A stretch of 64,000 bases of DNA, from the NCBI GenBank assembly GCA_002506365.1, contig DAXK01000045.1:6301-70300 (forward strand). Reading direction: 5' to 3'. The notes beneath the pieces were generated by a model. The model had not been told where the DNA came from and searched no databases. It saw nothing but the letters and a program-made list of their open reading frames with translations. The stretch is from an archaeon UBA583 (GTDB taxonomy: Archaea > Nanobdellota > Nanobdellia > Woesearchaeales > UBA583). Position 1 is the stretch's first letter, and every line of letters starts with the position of its first letter. Below, piece by piece: positions 32,501-41,560 of this stretch. The position numbers and the translations under genes are program-made.

Positions 32501-34062
32501 TCAAAAATCGTCCTATTCAAATCAACAAATCCCCACCCTTGATTCATATCAGGCATAGTTCCAGTAATATCTTTAGCCCCATTAATTAACATTGCTTTAA
32601 CTAACGCAGAAGTAGGACTACTAATACTTTTATTTTTAATTAAATATTCTCGTAATAAAGAAACAATTCCAGCAGTCGTAGGAGTTGCCATAGAAGTTCC
32701 ACTCTTAACACTATAATCTCCACTCCCTCCATTTACATGTGATTTAGTTGAAGTAATTCCTGAACCCGGAGCTACAACATCAGGTTTAATTCTTCCATCA
32801 TCAGTTGGACCTTTTGAACTAAAACTAGCAATTGATAAATCCACCGAACTAGCTCCAACAGTAATTGCATTCTTAGAAGTTCCAGGTGGTAAAACAGAAT
32901 TTGCTCCAGAATATTCACAATTATTTCCACCAGTTCCACAATTCCCTGCAGCAAACAAAATAATCATATCCTTATTATTCCAAGTAAAAGTATCAACATC
33001 AACAGACTCACTAGAATAATCCCCTAAACTTGTAGGATCACCCCAACTATTAGAATGAATTTGAGCACCAAATACATAAGCAGGTTCAAACATCCCAGTA
33101 GCCAAATTATTTGGAACTCCTAAACCAAAATCACTCCCAGTCCAATACTCAAGAGCCTGAAAATATAAATCAGACTTTGGAGCCATCCCAGAATTTGAAC
33201 CAACATAATTATTATTTTCTAAATCAGCTCCAGATAAAACACCATTACCTAAAACTGAACCTGCAACATGTGTCCCATGTCCAGAATCTAAATCGGAAGC
33301 TCCATCAGAACCCACAAGCTCAATAATTTCAACTGACTTATTTAAAAAATCAGCATGGAAAGAAGAATTATGAACTCCAATATCTAAACCAGTATCAGCA
33401 ACTGCTACAATCTGACCCTCACCAAATAAATTAAATTCATTAAAATAATTATAAACATTAGTTGTAGACTTAGAATTAACATTTTGAATTTGCGGATAAC
33501 TATAACTATAAATAAAATTAACCTGTTCATACTCCTCTAAAAAAGAAACTTTAGACTTATCAATTAAAATAAGTAACCGTCCATTATCTGAAGAAATAAT
33601 TTCCCCACCTAAACTTAAAACTTCATTCTCAAATAAACTTGAAACTGATTTATCAAATAAATGAACTTTAAATAATTCTGGACTTAAAACATTAAAATTT
33701 GATACTCTAAAATTTTGAATTTCCTTAGTTTTCTCAATTTTTTCATTATTACTATCTTTATTTTTTTTAAATCTTTCAACAGATTTAATAAAAGAAAAAT
33801 CAGAAACTTCATCAACAATATTTTTATCAAATTTAGTTAAAAAAGAATTATCTCCAACATAAGAAATAAAAAAAACTCCAATATTTTCCAAACTATCCTT
33901 ATCCTCTTGATAAATTAAATCTGAAAACTCAACCACAAAATATTTATCAGTCGATTCAACAAAAGATGGAACTAAATCAAAATCCTCCCCTTTAGAAAAA
34001 CCAGAAACTAATACTATTAAAATTAAAAAAAAAATACTAATAAATTCAAAAAATTTTCTCAT
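29563..34062 (-). CDS. Large membrane-anchored S8 (subtilisin, KP-43-like) serine protease
   Basis: ADTG, GHGTHVAGS, HSNSWG, AAGN, KPDVVAPG and SGTSMATP. Signal peptide, beta-rich repeats, S/G linker and C-terminal TM. Confidence 0.93.
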   Translation of the reverse strand: MRKFFEFISIFFLILIVLVSGFSKGEDFDLVPSFVESTDKYFVVEFSDLIYQEDKDSLENIGVFFISYVGDNSFLTKFDKNIVDEVSDFSFIKSVERFKKNKDSNNEKIEKTKEIQNFRVSNFNVLSPELFKVHLFDKSVSSLFENEVLSLGGEIISSDNGRLLILIDKSKVSFLEEYEQVNFIYSYSYPQIQNVNSKSTTNVYNYFNEFNLFGEGQIVAVADTGLDIGVHNSSFHADFLNKSVEIIELVGSDGASDLDSGHGTHVAGSVLGNGVLSGADLENNNYVGSNSGMAPKSDLYFQALEYWTGSDFGLGVPNNLATGMFEPAYVFGAQIHSNSWGDPTSLGDYSSESVDVDTFTWNNKDMIILFAAGNCGTGGNNCEYSGANSVLPPGTSKNAITVGASSVDLSIASFSSKGPTDDGRIKPDVVAPGSGITSTKSHVNGGSGDYSVKSGTSMATPTTAGIVSLLREYLIKNKSISSPTSALVKAMLINGAKDITGTMPDMNQGWGFVDLNRTIFEDNKNSLELFEISSGLSTSQEYEYNFTINKSSLEFRVSLVWTDYPSSVGAGNKLVNNLDLVLISPDGTEYFGNDFSYPFNDSVDLLNNVEGIRIKLSDSGNYSLKIKGSNVPNGPQPFSYVISTNSLFEDVSINLDNPINLSNLDNPIVGFNVSSSNNSDSAWISFDNGITNYSMNKVNLTYFNYSYDFSTFGNYSAIVFMNDSINGKIFSSDKVYFTVNEPRINFVSPVFDSVVTNYDLWYNFSLNFSKNISEVFYFNGTNYVDLSSSLSDNWLNISLNLTDVVNQSILFNVTDIYGIKSSKVINFTFNLLPKLVIYSPLNNTVVNVSKLNFFINASFNKNVSSLIYNVGSKKIDITDLVVNNKLVTNLTIFNYTSQVISFNFTDDLGIFDIYELFVNFSLNLGGNATDFDNDGVSDLVDNVVGDESNVDSSFSNLNISINLSSNLSKVFDEVLNVSFSNNSDKLVEFSYNFSNLSIDFTKVIIKSEVKSNKSKFFVSGLELESGNTKTIYLDLYGNISKAHSLCLKDLEVGSLDEISDLCDGDNETFVDVIPKVVNGYNVSYTDLSNSTVKISGLSHSGVSQMCTEDWSYGSWGTCSSSSQSRVAVDLNSCGTSYTRESLVQSCSSSSSGSSGGGGGGGSSSSTSEDEFGLVKDEDNKFNYKVDGDSISSSSKFSRKEDVLILDGSLKLVEFGYDFSDEELDLSDIEIKYDFTDRSSIILKGFSSLGLDKTVYLKNNLDLDYVCVKNTEISSISSFSKNCLGSNEYYFKCDNKLYSGFYCSLSSGYYKISGLKSSAVIEADSFMVSSNEEDVEDVEEIVEIVETENDDIEVVKKVKTENDDLKIKNFKTMSDEITDKVKGEDLKVEDINLTNQEILNESYESEVVEEDSRVMIYVLAGVFVLAFVVFVRIIVVRKNYLNSEESRANHRIFKKYVADSIKIGKSRTIIKNELYNCNKKEFYTMIDEVIEKEFSTNKEK

Positions 34063-34199
34063 AAAATAATCTCATAAATTTATTTTTATAAATACTAGTA
34101 ATAACTAAAAACAAATAATAAATAAATAATAAATTATTAATATAAATTTAATAAATAATTTAAAAATAAAAATAATTTAATAATTTAAAAAATATATTT

Positions 34200-34973
34200 T
34201 TACTCAACAACTGATGTAAAAATATTTTTTAAATTTAAAAATTCTCCCAAAATATCATCATAAAATAAAGTGATAGATTCCCAATAAAAATTAAATAAAA
34301 TAAACAAAATAATATACTTAATTAATCTTCCCATAAAAACCAAATAAATATACTGACCTAAAGGATACCTAAAACTTCCAAAAAATACAGTTAATAATTC
34401 TACAGGTCCTGGAAAAATATTTCCTAATAATAAAATCCACCCTCCACTAGAATTAATTTTTTCTTGATACTTTTCAAAATTTTTAGCAAAAATTTTTGAA
34501 ACAAATCTTTCTCCTAACAATCTTCCAACTAAATAATTAAAAACTAACCCACAAACATTTCCAATTGTCATAAGCAACAAAATCACAAACCCTGGATAAG
34601 TAGTTGAATCTAAAAAAAATATAAATAATGCCTCTGAAGGAATTGCTAAAAAAAACAAACTTCCAAAAATTGCAGTATAAAACATTCCAGCAATTGTATT
34701 ATTTGCAATCTCACCCTCAAAATATAAATATCTTGAATAAACTGTTGGATTTGATTTTAAAATACTCATAATATACTCTAAAAAAGGTTCATAAAAAATA
34801 TAAATCAAACCAATACACACAAAAATCAAAGGCCACTTTAAACTCAAAGGTTTTCCACCTCTAACATTTCTACTTTTCTTTTTCTGAGTTCTCTCAATCT
34901 CAGAAGGCAAAATTATTTCAATTTCATCGTGCGGATCTTCAATTTCCACATAATAATCATTTGATTTACTCAT
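34200..34973 (-). CDS. VTT/DedA (SNARE-associated) membrane protein
   Basis: IPSE, G...G..FNYLVGR, P.ELL...G and GRLIKY. Start moved to MSKSND. Confidence 0.8.
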   Translation of the reverse strand: MSKSNDYYVEIEDPHDEIEIILPSEIERTQKKKSRNVRGGKPLSLKWPLIFVCIGLIYIFYEPFLEYIMSILKSNPTVYSRYLYFEGEIANNTIAGMFYTAIFGSLFFLAIPSEALFIFFLDSTTYPGFVILLLMTIGNVCGLVFNYLVGRLLGERFVSKIFAKNFEKYQEKINSSGGWILLLGNIFPGPVELLTVFFGSFRYPLGQYIYLVFMGRLIKYIILFILFNFYWESITLFYDDILGEFLNLKNIFTSVVE

Positions 34974-34996
34974 ATAACTTAAAGTTCTAAACAAAG

Positions 34997-35004
34997 TTTA
35001 TAAA
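34997..35004. promoter_or_regulatory. Palindromic TATA box centred between divergent genes
   Basis: tttataaa lies 24 nt from the minus-strand ATG (34973) and 22 nt from the plus-strand ATG (35026). Confidence 0.6.
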
Positions 35005-35025
35005 TATATCTTACTACAAAATAAT

Positions 35026-35751
35026 ATGGGATATGAAATTTTATCAGATGATTTACTTCATAACAAAGATGAGGCAAACGGACCACCTAGATCTTCTTGG
35101 CTTAGAAAATTTATAGACAGAGTTAAATGGTTCAAATTACATTTATTTACAGTTTTAATAATTATACTAGGGATATTTTTATATTTTAATTTAGATTTAG
35201 ATTTTAATTTTGAAGATACCGAATCTGGAGTATTAACATTATCTGGAAACTTTAAATCATTTTCACAAAACTACACTGGAGATTTAGAAGTTGACTCAAC
35301 AAAATTTTCAATTTTAAGTCCATCTGGACAATTTGATGGAGAAACACAAACAATATTACTAAAAAATTTTTCAGGAACAATTAACCAAATAAATAAATCT
35401 ATTATATTTAATGGAACAACACAAACCTTAGAATTTGGTAAAAATAAACTAAACACACAAGACAAAACTTTTATTTTAACATCTACTGGAAAAACAAACA
35501 CAAAATTATTACTAAAAGAAATTTTCTTTGAAGAATTAAACGGAGCTGCTAAACTTGACAAAACACTAAACTATGAATTTGAAAATTCATCAATTAAAAT
35601 TTTTAACTTTAACACAAGTTTTGCATACGATGGAACTTTCACATTCTCAGGACAAGCTGAAAAATTTGAGATTATTTCAAACAAACATAATTTAAAAATT
35701 AACTTTGATAAAAACTCAACTAAACCAAATTCAGAAGAAACTTCTGAATAA
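35026..35751 (+). CDS. Hypothetical single-TM protein with beta-rich extracellular domain
   Basis: One TM helix near the N-terminus, then beta-strand-like sequence. Confidence 0.65.
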   Translation: MGYEILSDDLLHNKDEANGPPRSSWLRKFIDRVKWFKLHLFTVLIIILGIFLYFNLDLDFNFEDTESGVLTLSGNFKSFSQNYTGDLEVDSTKFSILSPSGQFDGETQTILLKNFSGTINQINKSIIFNGTTQTLEFGKNKLNTQDKTFILTSTGKTNTKLLLKEIFFEELNGAAKLDKTLNYEFENSSIKIFNFNTSFAYDGTFTFSGQAEKFEIISNKHNLKINFDKNSTKPNSEETSE

Positions 35752-35943
35752 TTTTTTTTGCCTCGTTTTTTAGAATTTTTAGCCAAAAGTGAGAAAGCCT
35801 CAAGATGGCTTTCGACCTGACGCGTATAAAAAATTCTTAAAAAAACGTGATTTGAGATTATCTCAAACAAACATAACTTAAAAATTAACTTTGATAAAAA
35901 TTCAACAAAACCAAACTTAGAAGAAACTTCTGAATAATTTTTT
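35664..35943 (+). repeat. ~94-bp direct duplication of the 35026 gene 3' end flanking a ~90-bp palindromic insert
   Basis: 35664-35757 vs 35850-35943 (offset 186, 6 mismatches). Insert has arms cgttttttagaattttt / aaaaattcttaaaaaaacg and an inner gaaagcc..ggctttc. Confidence 0.9.
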
Positions 35944-36062
35944 ACCTTGTTTTTATTTAATTTAATTTCAAATCTTTAATTATTAATCTTATAATAATAT
36001 TCTAAACTACATTTATCACAATAAAATAAATAACTGAAACAATTAAATAACCAATAATCACT

Positions 36063-39000
36063 TTAATCATTTTTATCATCTCTCTTTAAATATTTTTTAT
36101 TATTAACAACATCTAAAGCCTCCAAAGTTTTTTTTTCATAATAATTATCCAATATCTCAAAAGTTCTTTTCTTACTAAAATTAATTTTATTATAAATAAA
36201 AAATCCACAAATAAACAAAATCAAAAATATGCTAATATACCCCTCAACCCTAAATGTTTGATTACTACTTAAAACCTTAATAACATTTCCTCCACTTAAA
36301 CTACTATTTGTATTATTATTAGTATTCAATTTATTCTCTCCAAAAAATCCAAAATCTAAACTATTCTTATCATTCAAAGTAATTTGCTCAGAATTCAACT
36401 CTAAAACAACCCCATGTTTTAATCCATAAATTAAATATAAATCATTCCAATTATCACACCTTAAACTATTAAAATATTTTCCATCACAAGTTAAAACAAA
36501 TTCATTATTTTCTAAACAATTTTCAGAAACATCACTAACACTATTTAAACTCCCTGAATACTTAACACAAACTTTATTCAAATTATTTTTATTTTTTAAA
36601 TAAATAACTGGATTTGTAACTAATTGAGTCAAACCTGAAACAATAACATAATTACTTTTATCACCTAACTCATCACTCACAATATTTAATGTTTCCAAAT
36701 TTAAATTAGAATAATTAAAATTAAACTCAAAACTAACTATCTTTAAATTATCAACAATTAAATCAATACTTTTAATACTCTCAAACTTAGAACTTTCATC
36801 AATTTTTTTTAAATCAACTAAAACATCAAAATTACTCAATTCATTAAAAAAAATCAAATTTCCATTTCCATCTCCACTATTAAAATTCTGAGTATCCACA
36901 AAAACATTATCCGAACTTAAAGATTTTTTTTTATTTTTTCTACTACTAGAACCTCCTCCACTACTTTTAACAACAGTAGAAACTATTTCACAACTCTGAG
37001 AAAGGTTCTCCCTTGTAAAACTAGTCCCGCAAGAGTTCAAATCAATAGCACTTCTTTTCATAACCCCATTATCACAACTAGACCAACTAGAATACTCCCA
37101 ACTCTCAGAACACATCTGATAAACTGCTGAATGAGTTAATCCTGAAACAAAAACAAATATTTTATTATCTTTATATTTTTTCTCCACCTCATAATTATTA
37201 TACTCAAATGGGAAGGAATTAACATAATACTCATAAGACCCATTACAACTCAAACTAAAATTAAAATCTTCAACAAAATTATCACTCAAACAAACTCCAG
37301 AATTCTTATTCTTATCACCAATTAACTCAAAACGAATAGTCTTACTCTCATTATTAGATAAATTAACTCCCGAAATAAATAATTTAGTTAAATTATTAAA
37401 ATTATTTGTTTCAAATTTAATATTTGATAAATTTATAGATTTATTATCATAAAGCTCAAAATTAAATCTATTATTTGAATTATTATCATAAAAATATAAA
37501 TTATTATTATTTCTCTCAACTGACAAATTCAAATTAATTTCTCCAAATAAACTCAAATTAAACTTATCTTTATCTAAAAATCTTTCAAAACTTAACTTAT
37601 GTAAAATAAATCCATCTAAAGTTTTTTCATAAATCTCAAACCCAAAAAAATAAATCTCAGGAGAAATATTAAAAACTCCATTATAAGAATTATTCAAAAC
37701 TTTATCCGATAAATCAATATACTTATTCTCAAAACCTAACTCTATATACTTAAACAAATTCCCATTTTCTAAAAACTCATCAGAAAAATTAATCTCAAAC
37801 TCAAACTCACTTTGATTACTTAAATTAAAATAAAATAAATCTTCATTATTATAACCATTCTCCTCAGACTCCCAATAACTTAAATTAATTAAATAATTAA
37901 ACTCTAAAGGTAAAATCTCTTTAATCTCAGAATTAACTTTAGAAACTACAACTGAAAATGATTGATTCTTTAAAGTTGTAATATTAAATCCATAAACAGA
38001 TAAACTATACTCTCCTAAAACCAATTCATCAGAATTTACAACAATTTGTTCAATATTATTTAATCTATCAAAATCTCCCTCATCAGAAAAATCATTCCCT
38101 AAATACTCAACACCATCCTCAGATACAACCCTTAAATCTAAATCATTAACTAAACCTAAACCAGGATAATCAGACCAAACCAAAGTTAATTTTAAATCTG
38201 AACTTAAATTTGTAACATTAAAACTATAATTAAAAACTCCTCCATGTCCAATCCCAACTAACTCATCAACAAATATTAACTCACGATTATTACTCTCATC
38301 AACAGAACCTTTCAAATCCACAACTCCAAAACCATAAACATTATCTGGTCCAACAACTCCATTATCCTTAGCCCCATTAATTAATGCAGCTTTAACCAAA
38401 CTTGAAGACACAACATCAAAACTTTTATTTTTAATTAAATACTCTCTAATCAAAGCACTAACTCCCGCAACTAAAGGTGCTGCCATAGAAGTTCCACTTT
38501 TACTTTGATAATCTCCAGACCCTGATGCAAAACTTGAACGTGTAGATGTAACAGAACTTCCCAAAGCCACAATATCAGGCTTAAACCTTCCATCCTCAGT
38601 TGGTCCACGAGAACTAAATCCAGCAATATTAAATCCATCTGAACTAGTTGCTCCAACCGCAATTGAATTTTTACTAGAAGACTGTAAAGTAACACTACTA
38701 CCTCCAGAACTCCCATAATTCCCTGTTGCCATAACAATAGTAAAATCAAAATTATTGTAAATAAATTCATCAATATCATAAGAATGAGATAAATATTTAC
38801 CCAAATTATTTCTATTTCCCCAACTATTAGAATGAACTCTAACTCCTTGATCATAAGCTGGACCAAATAAATTATTTAAATTATTTGGAATTGAAAGAAC
38901 ATATTTATTATAATAATTCCCACAATACATAGAATTATCACACAAAATCTCAATTGCTTGAAAAAATAATCCAGCTAATGGAGCAGTTCCAGATTTTGAA

Positions 39001-39617
39001 CTTGAAAAATTCCTACTAATAATGTCCGAACCTGACAAAACACCAGTCCCAACAGCAGACCCAGCTACATGAGTCCCATGCCCATTTACATCAGAAGTTC
39101 CATCATTATTTAAATTTCCATCTCCAACCTCATATAATATTACAGTTTTATTTCTAAAATCATTATGAATATTTGATAAATCTCCAGTATCTAAACCAGT
39201 ATCAGAAATTCCAATAATTTGACCTAATCCATACAACCCAAAATTATCAAAAAAATAATTAACATTCAAAAACTCTTTTCCCTCCACATTTTGTTTAACT
39301 GGGAAACTAAAATTTTCAACAAATTCAACATACTCAAGTTCGGAAATAATATTCACACTTAAACTATCTAAACCAAACCTAACTCTATTCTCAGAAACTA
39401 AAAATATTTCCCCTCCTAAATTTAAAATATTATTTGATAATTCTAAAACAAACTCATCAGAAGATAACTCAACTAAATAGACTTCAAAATCATTAGAATT
39501 CAAATTAATAAAATTATTATCATTAACTTGAAGTTTTTCATCATATTCACTAAACCCAAAAAAAAAAGAATTTACAAAAAAGATAAATAAAATAAATAAT
39601 TTTATTTTTTTTAACAT
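36063..39617 (-). CDS. Large membrane-anchored S8 serine protease, paralogue of 29563
   Basis: SDTG, GHGTHVAGS, HSNSWG, KPDIVA and SGTSMAAP. Same C-terminal architecture and TM. Confidence 0.93.
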   Translation of the reverse strand: MLKKIKLFILFIFFVNSFFFGFSEYDEKLQVNDNNFINLNSNDFEVYLVELSSDEFVLELSNNILNLGGEIFLVSENRVRFGLDSLSVNIISELEYVEFVENFSFPVKQNVEGKEFLNVNYFFDNFGLYGLGQIIGISDTGLDTGDLSNIHNDFRNKTVILYEVGDGNLNNDGTSDVNGHGTHVAGSAVGTGVLSGSDIISRNFSSSKSGTAPLAGLFFQAIEILCDNSMYCGNYYNKYVLSIPNNLNNLFGPAYDQGVRVHSNSWGNRNNLGKYLSHSYDIDEFIYNNFDFTIVMATGNYGSSGGSSVTLQSSSKNSIAVGATSSDGFNIAGFSSRGPTEDGRFKPDIVALGSSVTSTRSSFASGSGDYQSKSGTSMAAPLVAGVSALIREYLIKNKSFDVVSSSLVKAALINGAKDNGVVGPDNVYGFGVVDLKGSVDESNNRELIFVDELVGIGHGGVFNYSFNVTNLSSDLKLTLVWSDYPGLGLVNDLDLRVVSEDGVEYLGNDFSDEGDFDRLNNIEQIVVNSDELVLGEYSLSVYGFNITTLKNQSFSVVVSKVNSEIKEILPLEFNYLINLSYWESEENGYNNEDLFYFNLSNQSEFEFEINFSDEFLENGNLFKYIELGFENKYIDLSDKVLNNSYNGVFNISPEIYFFGFEIYEKTLDGFILHKLSFERFLDKDKFNLSLFGEINLNLSVERNNNNLYFYDNNSNNRFNFELYDNKSINLSNIKFETNNFNNLTKLFISGVNLSNNESKTIRFELIGDKNKNSGVCLSDNFVEDFNFSLSCNGSYEYYVNSFPFEYNNYEVEKKYKDNKIFVFVSGLTHSAVYQMCSESWEYSSWSSCDNGVMKRSAIDLNSCGTSFTRENLSQSCEIVSTVVKSSGGGSSSRKNKKKSLSSDNVFVDTQNFNSGDGNGNLIFFNELSNFDVLVDLKKIDESSKFESIKSIDLIVDNLKIVSFEFNFNYSNLNLETLNIVSDELGDKSNYVIVSGLTQLVTNPVIYLKNKNNLNKVCVKYSGSLNSVSDVSENCLENNEFVLTCDGKYFNSLRCDNWNDLYLIYGLKHGVVLELNSEQITLNDKNSLDFGFFGENKLNTNNNTNSSLSGGNVIKVLSSNQTFRVEGYISIFLILFICGFFIYNKINFSKKRTFEILDNYYEKKTLEALDVVNNKKYLKRDDKND

Positions 39618-39643
39618 AGAAAAAAGTGCAGTTCAAATAATAT

Positions 39644-39844
39644 AAACATCATTTTAAACTAAAACACTCAAAACTAGACTTTCAAAATTTAATCTTTATT
39701 CATTAAAAAGTTAATTATTCTTAAAAATTACACAGTAATTTTCTAGGTTTTCTTGGCGAGACTTTCTTTTAGCGCCCAAAGGTAAGCGTCCAAAAGAAAG
39801 ATCATATCAAACATCATTTTAAACTAAAACACTCAAAACTGGAC
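39644..39844. repeat. 36-bp direct repeat pair flanking a 129-bp hairpin-rich insert
   Basis: 39644-39679 vs 39809-39844 (35/36). Insert holds aaaattac-aca-gtaatttt and ctttctttt...aaaagaaag. Confidence 0.85.
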
Positions 39845-39874
39845 AAAAACAATAAAAAATAATATTAAATAAAA

Positions 39875-39894
39875 CTATTCAACTAACTCAACTT
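39875..39894 (-). repeat. Second copy of the DUF192 gene 3' end (VELVE*)
   Basis: 18/20 match to 41561-41580. Both differences are synonymous (gag taa vs gaa tag). Confidence 0.5.
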
Positions 39895-39934
39895 AAAAAA
39901 ATTAATTTATTTTCAAATTAAATTAATTTTAAAT

Positions 39935-41491
39935 TTAACTTGCTATAAGTTCATATGAATCAAAAAAAACATCAGTTCCAACTTGAAATATATTTAATTC
40001 ATTATGAGTGTCAGAACCTTCAAAAATTAAATTAATGGAATCATTAATTGGATTAAATTCATAAATTTTAGGACCTATTCCCCCTCCTTGTGGACTCCAA
40101 TATTTTTGAGTGATATATAATTTATCTCCAAATTGATACATCTCTACTTGATCTCCAACATTTAAATATCCATCAAATGTTGAAACCATTGAAAAAGTAG
40201 TTCCATTAAATTTTCCAACATTATAATCAGTTGACCCATCATCAACTCTAAAAATAAATAATTCATTTCCAATCTTAAAAATTTGAGAATTTGAACTTGT
40301 AAATGTATTTAAACTTCCACCTCTAAAATCTGTAACTCTTGTAATTGTTGACCCATCATATTCAAATAATTCTTGTCCAGTTGACCCATCATTATGAATA
40401 AAATATAATTTTCCATTTAACTCAGTATATTCATAAGGTCTAGTAAAACTATCTCCTGGTCTAATATCTTGAACAAGATTTGTAGTAACTCCATCTGATT
40501 CCCAAACCTCAAAACCTTGTGAACCATTTCTTGCACTAAACACTACTTTATTATTAAAAACAATTAAATCTCCAGTCAAACTATCTCCAACTCCAGAAAC
40601 AATATCTGCAACATTTGTTGTAACTAATGAAGTTGTTGTTTTATATAATTCATTTCCAAAAGTAGCAGAATTTCCTGCAAAATATAAATCTCCATTATAT
40701 GGAGTTAAACTTCCAAAATACCCACTCTCAGAAGCTCCAGGATAATAATCTTGATCAAAAGAAATAGTAGTTCCATCAAAACTAAATAATTCTTGTTCAC
40801 TAGATCCATTTTTAGAAATAAAATAAATTTTATTATTAAACTCTGTAATAGATGAAACCATTACATAACCAATAATTGAAGTTGGAATATAATCAACCAA
40901 ATTTAAACTTGGAGGAGAAGTTAAAACTTCATAAACTCCTGCTTTAATAGAATCATTATAATAAAATAAATAATTTTTTCCATTAAAAGAAAAAGAATTT
41001 TTACTAAATAACTGACCTAAATTTAAATTATGTTCAACTAAATTAGTTCCAGTGATTTGAGTATCTCCTTGACCTCCCTTTAATTCATTATCAACAAACT
41101 TATAACTCTCAAAAATCCCATCATCCGTAACAACAACAATATTAGCTGACCCAGAAACATTATCCAAACAACTTGAAATATTAACTGAATCTAAACCTGA
41201 AACACTACCATTAAAATTACAATCAACATCATTAATTTTAATAGAATTAATAGAAGAATTCCCAGCTGAGTTTACATATAATTTTTCTCCAACTAATCCT
41301 TCAACAGTCACAGAGTTTGAAGAGCTAGTTTGAGTTTCAACATCCACAAAAACTCCAGAACTAAATGTTGTGAACCAACCTTGAAATCCAACTACAGCAG
41401 TTACAGCAATTACTAAAAGTAAAGCAGTAGCTACAACTGGACTTATAGCTTTATTACTATAAATTAATTTTTTTATTTTAAATTTAAACAT
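39935..41491 (-). CDS. Type IV pilin-like protein with C-terminal ELWxxDGT-repeat (beta-propeller) domain
   Basis: NKA|ISPVVATALLLVIAVTAVVGFQGWF. Repeats QELFSFDGT, GNELYKT, FEVWESDG and QELFEYDG. Start moved to MFKFKI. Confidence 0.85.
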   Translation of the reverse strand: MFKFKIKKLIYSNKAISPVVATALLLVIAVTAVVGFQGWFTTFSSGVFVDVETQTSSSNSVTVEGLVGEKLYVNSAGNSSINSIKINDVDCNFNGSVSGLDSVNISSCLDNVSGSANIVVVTDDGIFESYKFVDNELKGGQGDTQITGTNLVEHNLNLGQLFSKNSFSFNGKNYLFYYNDSIKAGVYEVLTSPPSLNLVDYIPTSIIGYVMVSSITEFNNKIYFISKNGSSEQELFSFDGTTISFDQDYYPGASESGYFGSLTPYNGDLYFAGNSATFGNELYKTTTSLVTTNVADIVSGVGDSLTGDLIVFNNKVVFSARNGSQGFEVWESDGVTTNLVQDIRPGDSFTRPYEYTELNGKLYFIHNDGSTGQELFEYDGSTITRVTDFRGGSLNTFTSSNSQIFKIGNELFIFRVDDGSTDYNVGKFNGTTFSMVSTFDGYLNVGDQVEMYQFGDKLYITQKYWSPQGGGIGPKIYEFNPINDSINLIFEGSDTHNELNIFQVGTDVFFDSYELIAS

Positions 41492-41560
41492 AAATATTAA
41501 TTTAATTTTTTTCATTATAAATATTTTGTTTATATAAAATAAATAACTAAATAACAATAT

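Noticed and set aside
35760-35850. tRNA or known ncRNA in the GC-richer intergenic patches (also 39.75, 42.1 and 52.0 kb)
   Set aside because: No cloverleaf or T-loop (GTTCRA) in context, and no family I recognise. A covariance search would be needed to exclude novel RNAs.
35571-35870. Minus-strand 99-aa ORF crossing the palindromic insert
   Set aside because: Antisense to the 35026 gene and its duplicate. The repeated FEIISN is a by-product of the duplication.
35664-35943. Diversity-generating retroelement VR/TR pair
   Set aside because: Mismatches are mostly synonymous C/T changes in both directions, not adenine-specific to one copy, and no reverse transcriptase is in the window.
39644-39844. 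CRISPR mini-array (36-bp repeats)
   Set aside because: Only two copies, a 129-bp gap, and no cas genes or leader.
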